Notes: a model not told the origin generated them from the letters alone. Numbered from the stretch's first letter, positions 40,091 to 50,579 are shown. The stretch is DNA of 64,000 nucleotides from an uncultured Alphaproteobacteria bacterium (GCA_963700185.1 CAVOWP010000029.1:35521-99520), one strand, 5' to 3'. A program made the numbers and translations.

Positions 40091-41699
40091 GTGACGGATC
40101 TGCAGGCCGATTACGTCGTTGTCGGGGCCGGGTCGGCAGGTTGCGTGCTCGCCGACCGGTTGAGCGAGGACGGCGCTCGGGTGGTCTTGCTCGAGGCGGG
40201 CCCGAGCGACTGGCACCCGATGATCCATGTGCCGGCCGGCGCTTTGCATTTGCGCGCCAATCCGCTGGTCAACTGGAACTACTACACCGAGGCGGAGGAG
40301 GGCACCGGCAACCGGTCATTGCATTGGCCGCGCGGCAGAGTGCTGGGCGGCACCAGCTCGATCAACGGCATGCTCTATGTCCGCGGCAACCCGGCGGATT
40401 ACGACGGCTGGGCGCAGATGGGCTGCCGCGGCTGGAGCTATGAGGACGTTCTGCCCTATTTCAGGAAATCCGAACATTATGTGTCCGGGGAGTCGGAGTA
40501 TCGCGGCAAGGGCGGCCCGCTGCTCGTCGAGGATTACCGCACGATCCTGCCGTTGACCCATCGCTTTGTCGAAGCTGCACAAGAGGCCGGGTTTGCCGTT
40601 CACCCCCGATTACAACGGCGCGAGTGCAGGAGGGGGTCGGGTATTCGCAGATGACGCGCCGGGGACGGTTCCGCGGGTCGACGGCACAAACCTTTCTTGC
40701 CGAGGCGCGGCGGCGCCAAAACCTGCGGGTCGAGACCAAGGCGGTCGCGACCCGGCTGCTGTTCGACGGAAAGCGCTGCACCGGCGTCGCGTTTCGCCAG
40801 AACGGCAGTGACCGGCGGGTTGCCGCGGCGCGCGAGGTCGTGATCGGCGGCGGCACCGTCAATTCGCCGCATCTGCTGCAAATTTCGGGCATCGGCCCGG
40901 CCGGCCATCTGCAATCGATCGGCGTCGAGGTGGTGCACGAATTGCCCGGGGTCGGCGCCAATCTTTCCGACCATTTCGCGGTTCGGGTGACGCACCGCGT
41001 CAAGGACGAGGTGTCGGTCAATCAGCTGGCGCGAGGCGTGCGGCTGGCGCGCGAGGTCGGGCGGTTTGCCGCGACCGGCCGCGGTGCGCTGACCTTTGGC
41101 GTCACCACTGCGATGGTGTTCTGCCGCAGCCGCGAAGGGCTGGCGAGCCCCGATCTGCAATTGCTGTTCACCCCGGGGAGCTACGACCCGAACGGGTATC
41201 GGCCGCCTCGAGCGGGAGCCGGGCATGACGATCGTCGTGTGCGCCGTGCGGCCGGACAGCCGCGGGACGATCATGGCGCGGTCGGCCGACCCGTTCGAGC
41301 GCGCCGGCGATCCGACCGAATTACCTGTCGGCGGCGAGCGACGAGCAGGTCCTGCTCTCCGGGACGCGCCATGCCCGGCGGATCTTCGCCGCCCCGCCAC
41401 TGGCCCGCCACAGCGCCGCCGAGACGATGCCCGGTTCTGACATGAATTCGGATGAGGCGCTGATCGACTTCATGCACCGGGCCGGGATGAACCTGCATCA
41501 TCCGGTCGGCACCTGCCGGATGGGAGAGGACCCGATGGCGGTCGTCGACTTGCGGCTGCGGGTTCGCGGGATCGCCGGGCTGCGCGTCGTCGACGCCTCG
41601 GTGATGCCGACCGTGACGACCGGCAACACCAACGCGCCGACGATCATGATCGGCGAGAAGGGCGCGGCAATGATCCGCGAGGATGCTGCGGCAGCGTAA
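40091..41699 (+). CDS. GMC-family FAD oxidoreductase, second paralog; four +1 frameshifts
   Basis: GTG 40091: [37 protein letters not shown]. The frame steps +1 at about 40590, 40625, 41090-41230 and 41420. It ends with HPVGTCRMG..VVDLRLRVRGIAGLRVVDASVMPTVTTGNTNAPTIMIGEKGA. Confidence 0.85.
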
Positions 41700-41739
41700 G
41701 AACGATCGGGGTGACGGACGGCGCCGTCGTCATATGTCG

Positions 41740-42732
41740 TCACATGATGCGGGGCAGCACCTTTTCGGTCAGCAGCATGAAGGATTGGTGGCTGAGCGGC
41801 GCGCACAGCAGATAGTCGAGGCCGATCTCGTCGCGCAACCGCAGGATCTCGTCGCCGACCTTGTCCGGGGTGCCGTGCAGGATCACCTCGTCGAGATAGC
41901 GCTGGACCGGATCGACGCCGGCCGGCGTAAAGGATCCCTGCATGACCGGCCGATGCTGCGCGCCGAGATAGGAATTGAGGATCCATTCGGCGCCGCTGCG
42001 CGCGACCGCCGCCGCCTCGCCGGCGTTGTCGGCGAGCGCCACCAGCCGCGCGATCGGGATGTCGCGGCCGGCCTCGGAAAAGCCGGCCGCCGCCAGTTTC
42101 TCGGCATAGAACCGCCGCTTGCGGCCGATCTCGGCGCCCGACGAGTGCGGGTCCATCAGGATCGAGAAACCGCGGCCCGCCGCCCATTCGATCGCCCCCT
42201 CCGAGCTTGCCGCCATCCATACCGGCGGATGCGGCAGCTGCACCGGCTTCGGCAATATCTCGATGTCCTCGAAACGGAAATGCTGGCCGGTGAAGTTGAG
42301 CCGCTCGTCGGTCCAGGCCCGCAGCACGATCTCGACGGTCTCGCGAAACCGCGACGCGCTCTCCTCCGGCGGCACGCCAAAGGCGGTGAATTCGACCCGC
42401 GCAAAGCCGCGGCCGGCGCCCCAATTGACCCGGCCGCCGGACAGCAGGTCGAGCAGGGCCACCTCCTCGGCGAGCCGCAAGCGGATGGTAGAACGGGGCG
42501 AGCGACACCGCCGTGCCGATGCGCAGACGCTGCGTCCGAGCGGCGGCCAATGTTCCCACCATGTGGACCGAGGGGCAGACGCTGAAGCTGCTGAAGTGAT
42601 GCTCGGCGAGCCAGACCGCGTCATAGCCGGTGCGGTCCATGATCTCGATCCGCTCCAGGGCGCGGGCATAGACCGTGGCCAGATCGACCCGCCGCTCCGG
42701 CCAGCTGAAGAACTGCAGAACCCCGAGCTTCA
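41740..42732 (-). CDS. LLM-class flavin-dependent oxidoreductase; one +1 frameshift near 42480
   Basis: GTG 42732 (overlaps the upstream stop): VKLGVLQFFSWP..YDAVWLAEHHFSSFSVCPS..RIGTAVSLAPFYHPL in one frame, then RLAEEVALLDLLSGGRVNWGAGRGF.. in ORF 41740..42669. Confidence 0.85.
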
Positions 42733-43563
42733 CCGCTGCACCTCTTCGGCCGTCCGCCAGAATTCGAGGGCGGTCTGCGCACAGCGCTCCGGCTGGAGCA
42801 GGTTGACGCCGTGCCCGTATCCGGCAAACAGCTCGAGCCGGCCATGCGGCAGGCTCTCGGCGAGAATTTTCTGCTGTTCCGAGGCGATCCGGCTCTTGTC
42901 GCCGCTCAGCAGCAGCACTGGAGCTTTGATACCCGGAAGACGCGGCCTGACATCGATTGCTTCGAAACACTCGTGCAAGGCGACGGCGATGTCGGGGCGC
43001 GTTTTGTCCATCTCGGCGATGACCCATTCCTGCAGGTGCGGGCTCGCATGCTCCAGGTCGAGGCGGTAGCCGAGGGTTTGCCGGCACCACTCGCCGGTGC
43101 CATGGGCCCGGATCGCCGCAGCGGTGCTTTCCTGGCCGAGCGCGTAGATCCCGCGGATCTCGTCGGGAATGCGCGTCGGGGTGTTGCACAAGACAAGGCT
43201 GGCGATGCGTTCGGGATATTCGGCGGCGAGCAGCAGCCCGATGATCCCGCCCGAGGATTCGCCGACCCAATGTACCTGCGGCAGCGAATGGGCATCGAGC
43301 ACAGCCAAGATCTGGGCGCCGATCTTTTCCGGAGTGTAGGCGTAGCCCGGAGCCGGAGCTTCGGACTTGCCGCACCCCAGAAGATCGGGGCGATAGAGGC
43401 GCCGACTGTCGGCGATCGCCGGAACCCAGCGGTTCCAGAAATTCGCATTGCGGGCGAAGCCGTGCATCATCAGCACGGGTATCGGCGCCTCCCATGGCCA
43501 CAAGTAATCGTCGACGGCGCAGTGGAGTGAGAGACCGTCAGCGAGACGGATCGTCGGCATCAT
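42730..43563 (-). CDS. alpha/beta hydrolase
   Basis: 277 aa. ..VLMMHGFARN..WVGESSGG (GxSxG)..LLLSGDKS..GHGVNLL. Confidence 0.85.
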   Translation of the reverse strand: MMPTIRLADGLSLHCAVDDYLWPWEAPIPVLMMHGFARNANFWNRWVPAIADSRRLYRPDLLGCGKSEAPAPGYAYTPEKIGAQILAVLDAHSLPQVHWVGESSGGIIGLLLAAEYPERIASLVLCNTPTRIPDEIRGIYALGQESTAAAIRAHGTGEWCRQTLGYRLDLEHASPHLQEWVIAEMDKTRPDIAVALHECFEAIDVRPRLPGIKAPVLLLSGDKSRIASEQQKILAESLPHGRLELFAGYGHGVNLLQPERCAQTALEFWRTAEEVQR

Positions 43564-44146
43564 TTCCCTCCGCTAATTGAGCTGCGATAACCCCGCGGCC
43601 GGCGCTGGCGGCGGTGTTCGCCGGCCCGTTCGGGCCAAGCGATTGGCCGATGGCGTAGGCGCCGTCGATCAGCAGTTGCAACTGCTGGGCGAGAAGGTCG
43701 GCGTCGCGGGCTCCGGCCGCCGCGGCTAGCGCGCGGAGGCGCTCACGCACCACGCGCTTATGGGCGAGGATCACGGCGCGCGCGGGGTGGCCGGGCGCGG
43801 GGAATTCGGTGCCGGTGTTGAGAAACGGGCAGCCGCGCCATTTTGGATGCGAGGCGGTTGCCGCGATCATGTCGAGGATTGCTTCGAGTTGGCCTCGCGG
43901 ATCGCCGGCGCGGGAGGCCTCAGCTTTGTCCCAACGCCGCCAGAAAAACGCATTGCGGTCCTCGAGCCAGGCGGTGACCAGGGCGTCCTTTGACGGGAAG
44001 TTGCGGTAAAGGCTCATCTTCGCGACTCCGGACCGCGCGATGATCGCATCGATCCCGACCGCTCGAACGCCGTCGCGGTAAAACATCTCCGAGGCGGCAT
44101 CGAGAATGCGCTGCCGCGCCGGCTTTTTCCGCTCCGCCTCGCTCAT
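43538..44146 (-). CDS. TetR/AcrR-family transcriptional regulator
   Basis: N-terminal HTH: RQRILDAASEMFYRDGVRAVGIDAIIARSGVAKMSLYRNFPSKDALV. Confidence 0.9.
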   Translation of the reverse strand: MSEAERKKPARQRILDAASEMFYRDGVRAVGIDAIIARSGVAKMSLYRNFPSKDALVTAWLEDRNAFFWRRWDKAEASRAGDPRGQLEAILDMIAATASHPKWRGCPFLNTGTEFPAPGHPARAVILAHKRVVRERLRALAAAAGARDADLLAQQLQLLIDGAYAIGQSLGPNGPANTAASAGRGVIAAQLAEGNDADDPSR

Positions 44147-44180
44147 GTCGCGTTCCTGCCCTGCGCCCGCTCGGCTTGAC

Positions 44181-44198
44181 AGAGACAGACCTGTCTCT
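44181..44198. promoter_or_regulatory. palindromic operator candidate (8-2-8) in the TetR/MFS divergent region
   Basis: AGAGACAG-AC-CTGTCTCT, immediately after a TTGACA hexamer (44176-44181) and 44 nt upstream of the MFS start. Confidence 0.45.
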
Positions 44199-44241
44199 CA
44201 ACTTTGCCTCGGCATGTTCCAGATAGCGGAGGGCAGAGCGG

Positions 44242-45516
44242 ATGGCAAGGCAAAGGAAGCTGCATTACGCCTGGATCGTCGCCGGTGTCACCTTCCTGAC
44301 CTTGCTCGTCGCGGCTGGACTGCGCGCCACCCCCAGCGTTCTGATCGTGCCGCTCGAAACCGAGTTCGGGTGGTCCCGCGCGACGATCTCCTTCGCGATC
44401 GGACTCAACATTTTTCTTTACGGCCTGATCGGACCATTCGCCGCGGCGGTGATGGACCGGTTCGGGCTGCGCCGGACGATGCTCGCGGCGCTCGCCTGCA
44501 TTGCGGCGGGAGTTGCTCTGACGCCGCTGATGACGCGGTCCTGGCAGCTGATCGTGCTATGGGGAGTGGTAGTCGGCACCGGAAGTGGAGCCACCGCCTT
44601 GGTGCTCGGGGCGACTGTCGTGGCGCGCTGGTTCGCCGCACGGCGCGGGCTGGTCATCGGCGTATTGACGGCGAGCACCGCCTCCGGCCAGCTGATCTTT
44701 TTGCCGGCATTGGCGAGCCTTGTCGAAAATTACGGCTGGCGCACGGTATCGCTGACCGTCGCCGGGGTCGCGCTGGCGCTAATACCCGTGGTCGCCCTAC
44801 TGATGCGCGACCGGCCGCGAGACGTCGGGCTTGCGCCCTATGGTGCGACCGACAATCGCCAGCCTGAGGCGGTCGCACGCGGCAACCCGGCGGCGACCGC
44901 GCTGCTCGCGCTGCGCGACGGGTTGCGGCAACGCGATTTCTGGCTGCTCGCGGGCAGCTTCTTCATTTGCGGCGCTTCGACGAACGGCCTGATCGGCACG
45001 CACCTGATCCCCGCCTGCCTCGATCACGGCATCCCGCAGGTGACGAGCGCCAGTCTGCTCGCCGCGATGGGGGTCTTCGACCTGATTGGCACGACATTGT
45101 CGGGCTGGCTCAGCGACCGCTGGAGCAACCGCGGACTTCTCGCCTGGTATTACGGCCTGCGCGGGCTGTCGCTGATATACCTGCCGTTCGCCTTCGACGT
45201 TTCGTTCTACGGCCTCTCGTTGTTCGCGGTCTTCTACGGGCTCGACTGGATCGCGACAGTGCCGCCGACCGTTCGCCTCGCCGCGAGGATTTTCGGTACC
45301 GAGCGCGGCGCGATCATGTTCGGCTGGATCGCCGCCGCTCACCAGCTGGGGGCCGCTATTGCCGCGTTCGCTGCGGGTGCACTGAGGGTCACCCTCGGCA
45401 CCTACCTCGAAGCATTCATGCTGTCGGGCCTGCTCTGTCTCGTCGCCGCGCTGATGGTGCTGTTTATCGGCCGCAGCCTGGATACGGCTGCGCCCTTGCC
45501 GGTCCCGGCGGAATAA
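44242..45516 (+). CDS. MFS transporter (oxalate/formate antiporter-like subfamily)
   Basis: 424 aa, 12 hydrophobic segments. ..YGLIGPFAAAVMDRFGLRRTM.. Divergent from the TetR gene. Confidence 0.85.
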   Translation: MARQRKLHYAWIVAGVTFLTLLVAAGLRATPSVLIVPLETEFGWSRATISFAIGLNIFLYGLIGPFAAAVMDRFGLRRTMLAALACIAAGVALTPLMTRSWQLIVLWGVVVGTGSGATALVLGATVVARWFAARRGLVIGVLTASTASGQLIFLPALASLVENYGWRTVSLTVAGVALALIPVVALLMRDRPRDVGLAPYGATDNRQPEAVARGNPAATALLALRDGLRQRDFWLLAGSFFICGASTNGLIGTHLIPACLDHGIPQVTSASLLAAMGVFDLIGTTLSGWLSDRWSNRGLLAWYYGLRGLSLIYLPFAFDVSFYGLSLFAVFYGLDWIATVPPTVRLAARIFGTERGAIMFGWIAAAHQLGAAIAAFAAGALRVTLGTYLEAFMLSGLLCLVAALMVLFIGRSLDTAAPLPVPAE

Positions 45517-45519
45517 CGC

Positions 45520-47581
45520 CTACTTACCGGCGAACAGCTGGACCGGCTGGCCGCCGATCTTTGCATTGGCTTGCAGATATCCGATCAGCTCTGGCATCGA
45601 ATAGCTTCGTTTGCTGAAAATCGTCTCTGTCGGTTCCCAGCCGTGCAGATCGTCATCCGCGGCGTAGAGGACCGACCCCTGATCACAGCGCAACGAGCCG
45701 AGCAGGAACTCGCTGATCAGATGGCTGCCCAGCTCGCCCAAGCGCTGGCTCCCCTCGGTGCTCTCCGCCTCGGCCAAAATGAACAGCCAGAGCGGTGTGC
45801 GCTGCGCCATTTGGTTCGGGCCGAAGCCGGCGCTCTGCAGCCGGTCTGCGAGGACCTTGCGAACTTCTTTGGTGGCGTCGTGGAGCCCCGGTATGCGTTG
45901 CTGCGCGTAGGCTTCCACCGCCTCGCCGGTCGCCAGCCCAACCGAACCGGTAATGAGGCCGGTCGGTTCGGACGCCCGCATCAGGTTGCGGCGCGGCAGG
46001 TTTCGCTCGGTCGAAGTGTCCTTGCCGTTAACGTCGGGGCCCGGCGGCAGCGCCGCGATCGGCAGGTTGAATAACCGATCGGAGATCAACGTGTCAACCG
46101 GACGCCCGGGTTGAGCGCTCTCGTACGCAACGCCGTACACGTCGTAGAAGTGGCTCCAGTCGACGACGTCACCGGGCTGCAGCGGATTGTCGCCAACGAG
46201 CCCGGTCGTCTCCGGCTCGCCGGCCGGCGCGAAGATCGGGCGGGGTTGACCGGTCAGGAGATTGCCGCTGGCATCGAATACCGGATCGTGCAGCACATAG
46301 CTGTCGCGCACCAGGGTATGGCCGAGGCGAAAAGCCGCCACTGCGAACTCGTGCGGAATTGGGACCTGTCCGGGCTTGCAGCTATAAGAGAAAGGTCTTG
46401 ATTCGATCCGGGTCCGGCAGCACCGAGTTTGGCTCGGTCCCGCGCTGATAGGCGTGCAGCGCGCCGGGGGCGACACGGTCGAGGGTCTCTTCGGCGGAGA
46501 AACGCGGCAGGAAATCGGTGGCGACGATCGTCTCGTACGTCCACACCACCTTCTTGTGGCACGCATCGAACGCCGCATCGATCTGTTGCTGGTTCGGCGC
46601 GGGAGCGGCGCCGAGGACATGGCCCATGCAGGTGTTGTGCGCAAGCTCGAAGAGGTTCTGGATCTGCGAGATCAGCTTGTGTTCGCTGTTGCGGGGGTCC
46701 GGGACCTCTGCCGCGCCCTCGAGTGTGCGCTGATAGTCGAACCCGTCGATCGAGGCGCCGAGCGAAGTGGGAGCTTGGACGTGACGCATCGCGAAGCGGC
46801 CGGTATAAGCGCCATTGGTCTGCTCGAACCACGGCGCGCTGATCGCGGTCAGGGTTGTAAAGTTGGCGACGCCGTAGACGGCGTCGAGGTCGAGTTTGCC
46901 GGTGTTGAGGCTCAGCGCCGAGGTTGGCGCCGCGGCGTTTGCAATGGCTTGCTTCAGCTGATCGAGGGAGACGCCCGCCGCCGCGAGTTTCGCTCGGACA
47001 CCGGCATCTCCCTGGGCACGGCTGCTGAGCGCGTTAATCGCCGACAGCGCAGTCTGGGTGCGCGTCACGTCATGGTCGATGAATTGGCCGAGAAAGGTGT
47101 AGCCGGCGGGTTGCTGCGCCGGGTCCGCGCTCTTGTTGTCGTCGACGAACGGGCTCGCCCCGGTCCCCAGCTGGGGACCGATGATGGCACTCAACGTGGC
47201 GTCGAACTCGATCGGTTCGCACAGCTGCGTCGGCGCATGCGCCTCGCCCGGAGCCGGCGTCCCGCAACTGCCGACAGCGCGCTCGGTCTTGCACGCCTCA
47301 TAGCAGAAACCATAGCTCGACAGGTCCTGGCTTGCCGCAACAGCGGCCGGCGGATTCTGGCCGAGCGGCGCGCCGCCGCCGTGCTCGGCGCCGACCGGCA
47401 TGACGCTGAGCAGCACCTGCTCGAGCTTTGATTGTGGGATGGCCGATCCGTCCGATGGCGAGCGGAGAGCACGGATAAAAAGGTCGAGACGAGGCTCGGG
47501 TTTCACGGCGGATGCGTGACTGAGCTCCGGCAATCCGGTCAGTACGACCGCCAGCAAAAGCGGGCCGATCAAAACTCTCAT
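45520..47581 (-). CDS. secreted haem peroxidase of the peroxidase-cyclooxygenase (animal haem peroxidase) superfamily; one +1 frameshift near 46400-46440
   Basis: Signal peptide MRVLIGPLLLAVVLTGLPELSHASA from ATG 47581. Distal-His motif GYTFLGQFIDHDVT, ..LDLDAVYG.., and proximal-His region ..IPHEFAVAAFRLGHTLV in ORF 45520..46644. Confidence 0.8.
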
Positions 47582-47932
47582 TCGAGCTCCGCTGGGCACC
47601 GATCGCCGTGTTCGGTCGGCGGCCTGCACCGCCGATCTTGCCCGAAGCAGCGACATTGTAACCTGTAATATACTGGAATTTTACCCGCCATTACATCAAG
47701 TAGTTTTCTGGTAACTATCAATTCGACTTTGATGAACTCAAATTCATAAAGTTCAGGCTGGTTAAATCGGAGCGACCAGCCTGCTACACGGGTGTTACTC
47801 ATAACGGCGATCGACTTGCCTGCCTCGCCAATACGCGCCGACCCCCGACCCTGACTTGTAACAAATTGCTGAGGCCGCGGGCGGCTTGGAAATTGGATTA
47901 CCGACGCGGCGCTGTCACATTGGCTTCGAATG

Positions 47933-49024
47933 CTACACGGATTTGGGCGTCAGATGCGCAACTCTAGGTATCACTTCCTGGGCGAGAAGCCGCATCGACT
48001 CGTGCCAGGCCTCGGCGTTCCCGCTGTAGTCGAAGCAGAACAGAAGCAGCGCCCCAAACCCGCCGACCTCGTCGTACATCCGCTCGATCTTCTCGACGAC
48101 GGTCGCCGGTGAGCCGATCAGCCAATTGTGCCGGGCACAATACTCCGGCGTGACGTCGCTGTCGGGGACTTCGGGATCGTGCTTCAGGAACTGGATGACG
48201 CCGACATTTGTCAGCAACGGCAAAAAGTACTCGCGCATCATCCGCCCCATCATCCCCCCGACCGACAAACGCCAAGCTTCGGCGTCGCTGTCGGCGATGA
48301 AGATTTCGCGCACCAGGCGCCAATCGGCGCGGCTGGGCCGGCGCCCGGTGCGGCGGGCGCCTTCCTCGACTGACTCCCAGTGGCTGGCGACATAGCCGGG
48401 ATTGAGGTTGAGGCTCATCGGCAAGAAGCCGTGCTCACCGGCGAGCTTCAGGGTGTCCGAACCCTTGCTCACTCCGGCGACGCCGATCGGCGGATAGGGC
48501 TTTTGAAACGGCCGGATATGGGGGCGCAAGCTCTCCAGCATCAGGTCGGTCTTGGTCACCTTCCAGTATTTGCCGACGTAATCGAAGGGCGCTTCCTCGG
48601 TCCACAGCTTCAGGATGATGTCGAGCGCCTCGCGCGTCATCTCGCGATGCTGCCCGGCGTTGCCGTCGACGTTGAACATCGCCCAATCGCTCGGCAGGCC
48701 GCTGGCGGCAACGCCAAAGTTGAGCCGACCCTGAGCCATGTGGTCGAGCATGGCGACCCGGTTGGCGAGCTCCGCCGGGTGGTGATAGGGCAACAAGAAC
48801 CCGCCGGGGGCGAGCCGGATATGGCGCGTCTCCATCAGCGCTTGCGCGATCAAGAGATCTGGCGCGGGATGCGGTTCCCACGGAGCGGTGTGATGCTCCC
48901 CAATCCAGGCCTCGCTAAAGCCGAGCTCATCCGCCCAGCGCAAGGTCTGCAGGTCCCATCGATGGCCGTCAAAGAGGCCGCATTCCGGCGGATGCGAGGG
49001 CATCGTAAACAGGCCGTATTGCAT
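47933..49024 (-). CDS. LLM-class flavin-dependent monooxygenase
   Basis: GGGAGGG before ATG 49024. MQYGLFTMPSHPP..GFSEAWIGEHH..RLNFGVAASGLP.. is a luciferase-like fold. Confidence 0.85.
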   Translation of the reverse strand: MQYGLFTMPSHPPECGLFDGHRWDLQTLRWADELGFSEAWIGEHHTAPWEPHPAPDLLIAQALMETRHIRLAPGGFLLPYHHPAELANRVAMLDHMAQGRLNFGVAASGLPSDWAMFNVDGNAGQHREMTREALDIILKLWTEEAPFDYVGKYWKVTKTDLMLESLRPHIRPFQKPYPPIGVAGVSKGSDTLKLAGEHGFLPMSLNLNPGYVASHWESVEEGARRTGRRPSRADWRLVREIFIADSDAEAWRLSVGGMMGRMMREYFLPLLTNVGVIQFLKHDPEVPDSDVTPEYCARHNWLIGSPATVVEKIERMYDEVGGFGALLLFCFDYSGNAEAWHESMRLLAQEVIPRVAHLTPKSV

Positions 49025-49310
49025 CGGGACCCTCCCGGCTGGTGGTGCGATCGAAAAAAATGTTGAAGGCAATTTAGGTGACCAGCAATACTTTCGCACG
49101 CGTAGCCGGCGGTTTTCGGGGAATTCCTGCAGTTTTAGTTAACTTGTATCAGTAGCGGTCAGTTCGTGTCGGATTGTGTCATAGTCGGGTGAAATCTGCC
49201 TTTTTTTTGCCGCAGGTGGGTTGGATTGTCGCACCCACCTCGACCCCAGCCACCGTCCCCCACGGATCGCTGGGCCCACAAACAGTGTTTACAGCTCGGG
49301 AGGGTCAGCG

Positions 49311-49517
49311 ATGACCAAAGCCACCTCGTCTAAACGCCGCACGAGGAGACGACACGTACGGGAAAAGGCGACCATCGATCACTTGGTCCGCGCCGTATAT
49401 GCGAAAGCCGATGAAAGGGGGACGACCCATCCCTCGGTGACGGCATCCGGCCTTTCGGTTGAAGAGCAGGTCCGCAAGCAATGGCATCCCGGCCTGGGAG
49501 GCCTCGCGCTCTTCTAG
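49311..49517 (+). CDS. hypothetical small basic protein (68 aa)
   Basis: GGGAGGG 6 nt before ATG 49311. MTKATSSKRRTRRRHVREKATIDHLVRAVYAKADERG.. Followed by a strong terminator. Confidence 0.45.
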   Translation: MTKATSSKRRTRRRHVREKATIDHLVRAVYAKADERGTTHPSVTASGLSVEEQVRKQWHPGLGGLALF

Positions 49518-49556
49518 GACCGCCGCAACACTAAGCGCATAGTCTTTGATATCTAT

Positions 49557-49586
49557 AGAGCCGGTGATCCCACCGGCTCTTTTTTG
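49557..49586 (+). terminator. Rho-independent terminator
   Basis: Perfect 10-bp stem agagccggtg/caccggctct, 4-nt loop, then TTTTT. Confidence 0.75.
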
Positions 49587-49619
49587 CCGGCTCTACGGGT
49601 CAAAAAACGGGAGGAGCGA

Positions 49620-50579
49620 ATGCAAGGAAATCTTGTAGACCGCCGTGCGGTCTTGAGGACGATGACAGCGGCCGCCGTAGCGGGCACCGTCGCAGCGCAG
49701 CCGCGCTCGGCAGACGCTCAGCAGGTCAAATGGTCGGCCGGGACCGAGGCGCCCAAGTTGCGGGCGCCGGCGGACGCTGCGGACTGCCACCATCACATCT
49801 ACGACGCCAAATATCCCGCCGACCCGCGCTCGACGTTGCGGCCCGGGGACGCGTCAGTCGAGGATTACCGGGCCCTGCAGCGCCGCATCGGCACGAGCCG
49901 CAACGTCATCGTGCAACCTTCCACCTACGGCACCGACAACAGCTGCACCCTCGCTGCGCTGGTCGCGTTCGGACCGACGGCGCGCGCCGTCGCGGTGGTC
50001 GACACCACGGTCTCCGACGCCGAACTGAAGCGCCTGAACGGCCTCGGCGTGCGGGGCATCCGCTTCAACCTCGCACAAGCCGGAGCGACGACGCCCGAGA
50101 TGATCGAGCCCCTTTCGAAGCGGGTGAACGACCTGGGTTGGCATATCCAGATCAACGCGCCGGCCGCCAAGATCATGGAGATAAAGGACATCCTGAACCG
50201 GGTCCCGTCGCCGATCGTGTTCGACCACCTGGCGCATATCCCCGAACCGGAGGGCACCGCGCACCCGCTATTCGGCGTGGTCCTCGCGCTGATCGACAAG
50301 GGCAAGACCTGGGTTAAACTGTCGGGAGCCTATGCCGACACCAAAATCGGCCCTCCGAGCTACTCCGACTCGAGCGCCGTCGCGCGCGCTTATGTGCAGA
50401 AGGCGCCCGAGCGCCTCGTGTGGGGCAGCGACTGGCCGCATCCTTCGGAACGCGACAACAAGCCGGACGACGCGATCCTGTTCGACCTGCCGCTCGACTG
50501 GGCCCCCGAGGAGCGCGTCAGAAACCGCATCCTGGTGCAAAACCCAGAAGCGCTTTACGGCTTCGCGAAGAGCGCGTAA
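49620..50579 (+). CDS. amidohydrolase-family protein (2-pyrone-4,6-dicarboxylate lactonase-like), Tat/Sec signal
   Basis: GGGAGGAG before ATG 49620. MQGNLVDRRAVLRTMTAAAVAGTVAAQPRSADA signal. ..DCHHHIYD..VIVQPSTYGTDN..FDHLAH..WGSDWPHP are metal-dependent hydrolase motifs. Confidence 0.8.
   Translation: MQGNLVDRRAVLRTMTAAAVAGTVAAQPRSADAQQVKWSAGTEAPKLRAPADAADCHHHIYDAKYPADPRSTLRPGDASVEDYRALQRRIGTSRNVIVQPSTYGTDNSCTLAALVAFGPTARAVAVVDTTVSDAELKRLNGLGVRGIRFNLAQAGATTPEMIEPLSKRVNDLGWHIQINAPAAKIMEIKDILNRVPSPIVFDHLAHIPEPEGTAHPLFGVVLALIDKGKTWVKLSGAYADTKIGPPSYSDSSAVARAYVQKAPERLVWGSDWPHPSERDNKPDDAILFDLPLDWAPEERVRNRILVQNPEALYGFAKSA

Noticed and set aside
41498-43501. 667-aa ORF on the - strand spanning several genes
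   Set aside because: Only a short segment (VKLGVLQFFSWP..APFYHPL) is real coding sequence, namely the N-terminus of the frameshifted LLM gene. The rest is out-of-frame read-through of the alpha/beta hydrolase and the GMC gene antisense.
47578-47802. 74-aa - strand ORF in the AT-rich region upstream of the peroxidase gene
   Set aside because: It overlaps the peroxidase start region in another frame, and has no RBS and no recognisable features. More likely it is leader or promoter DNA.
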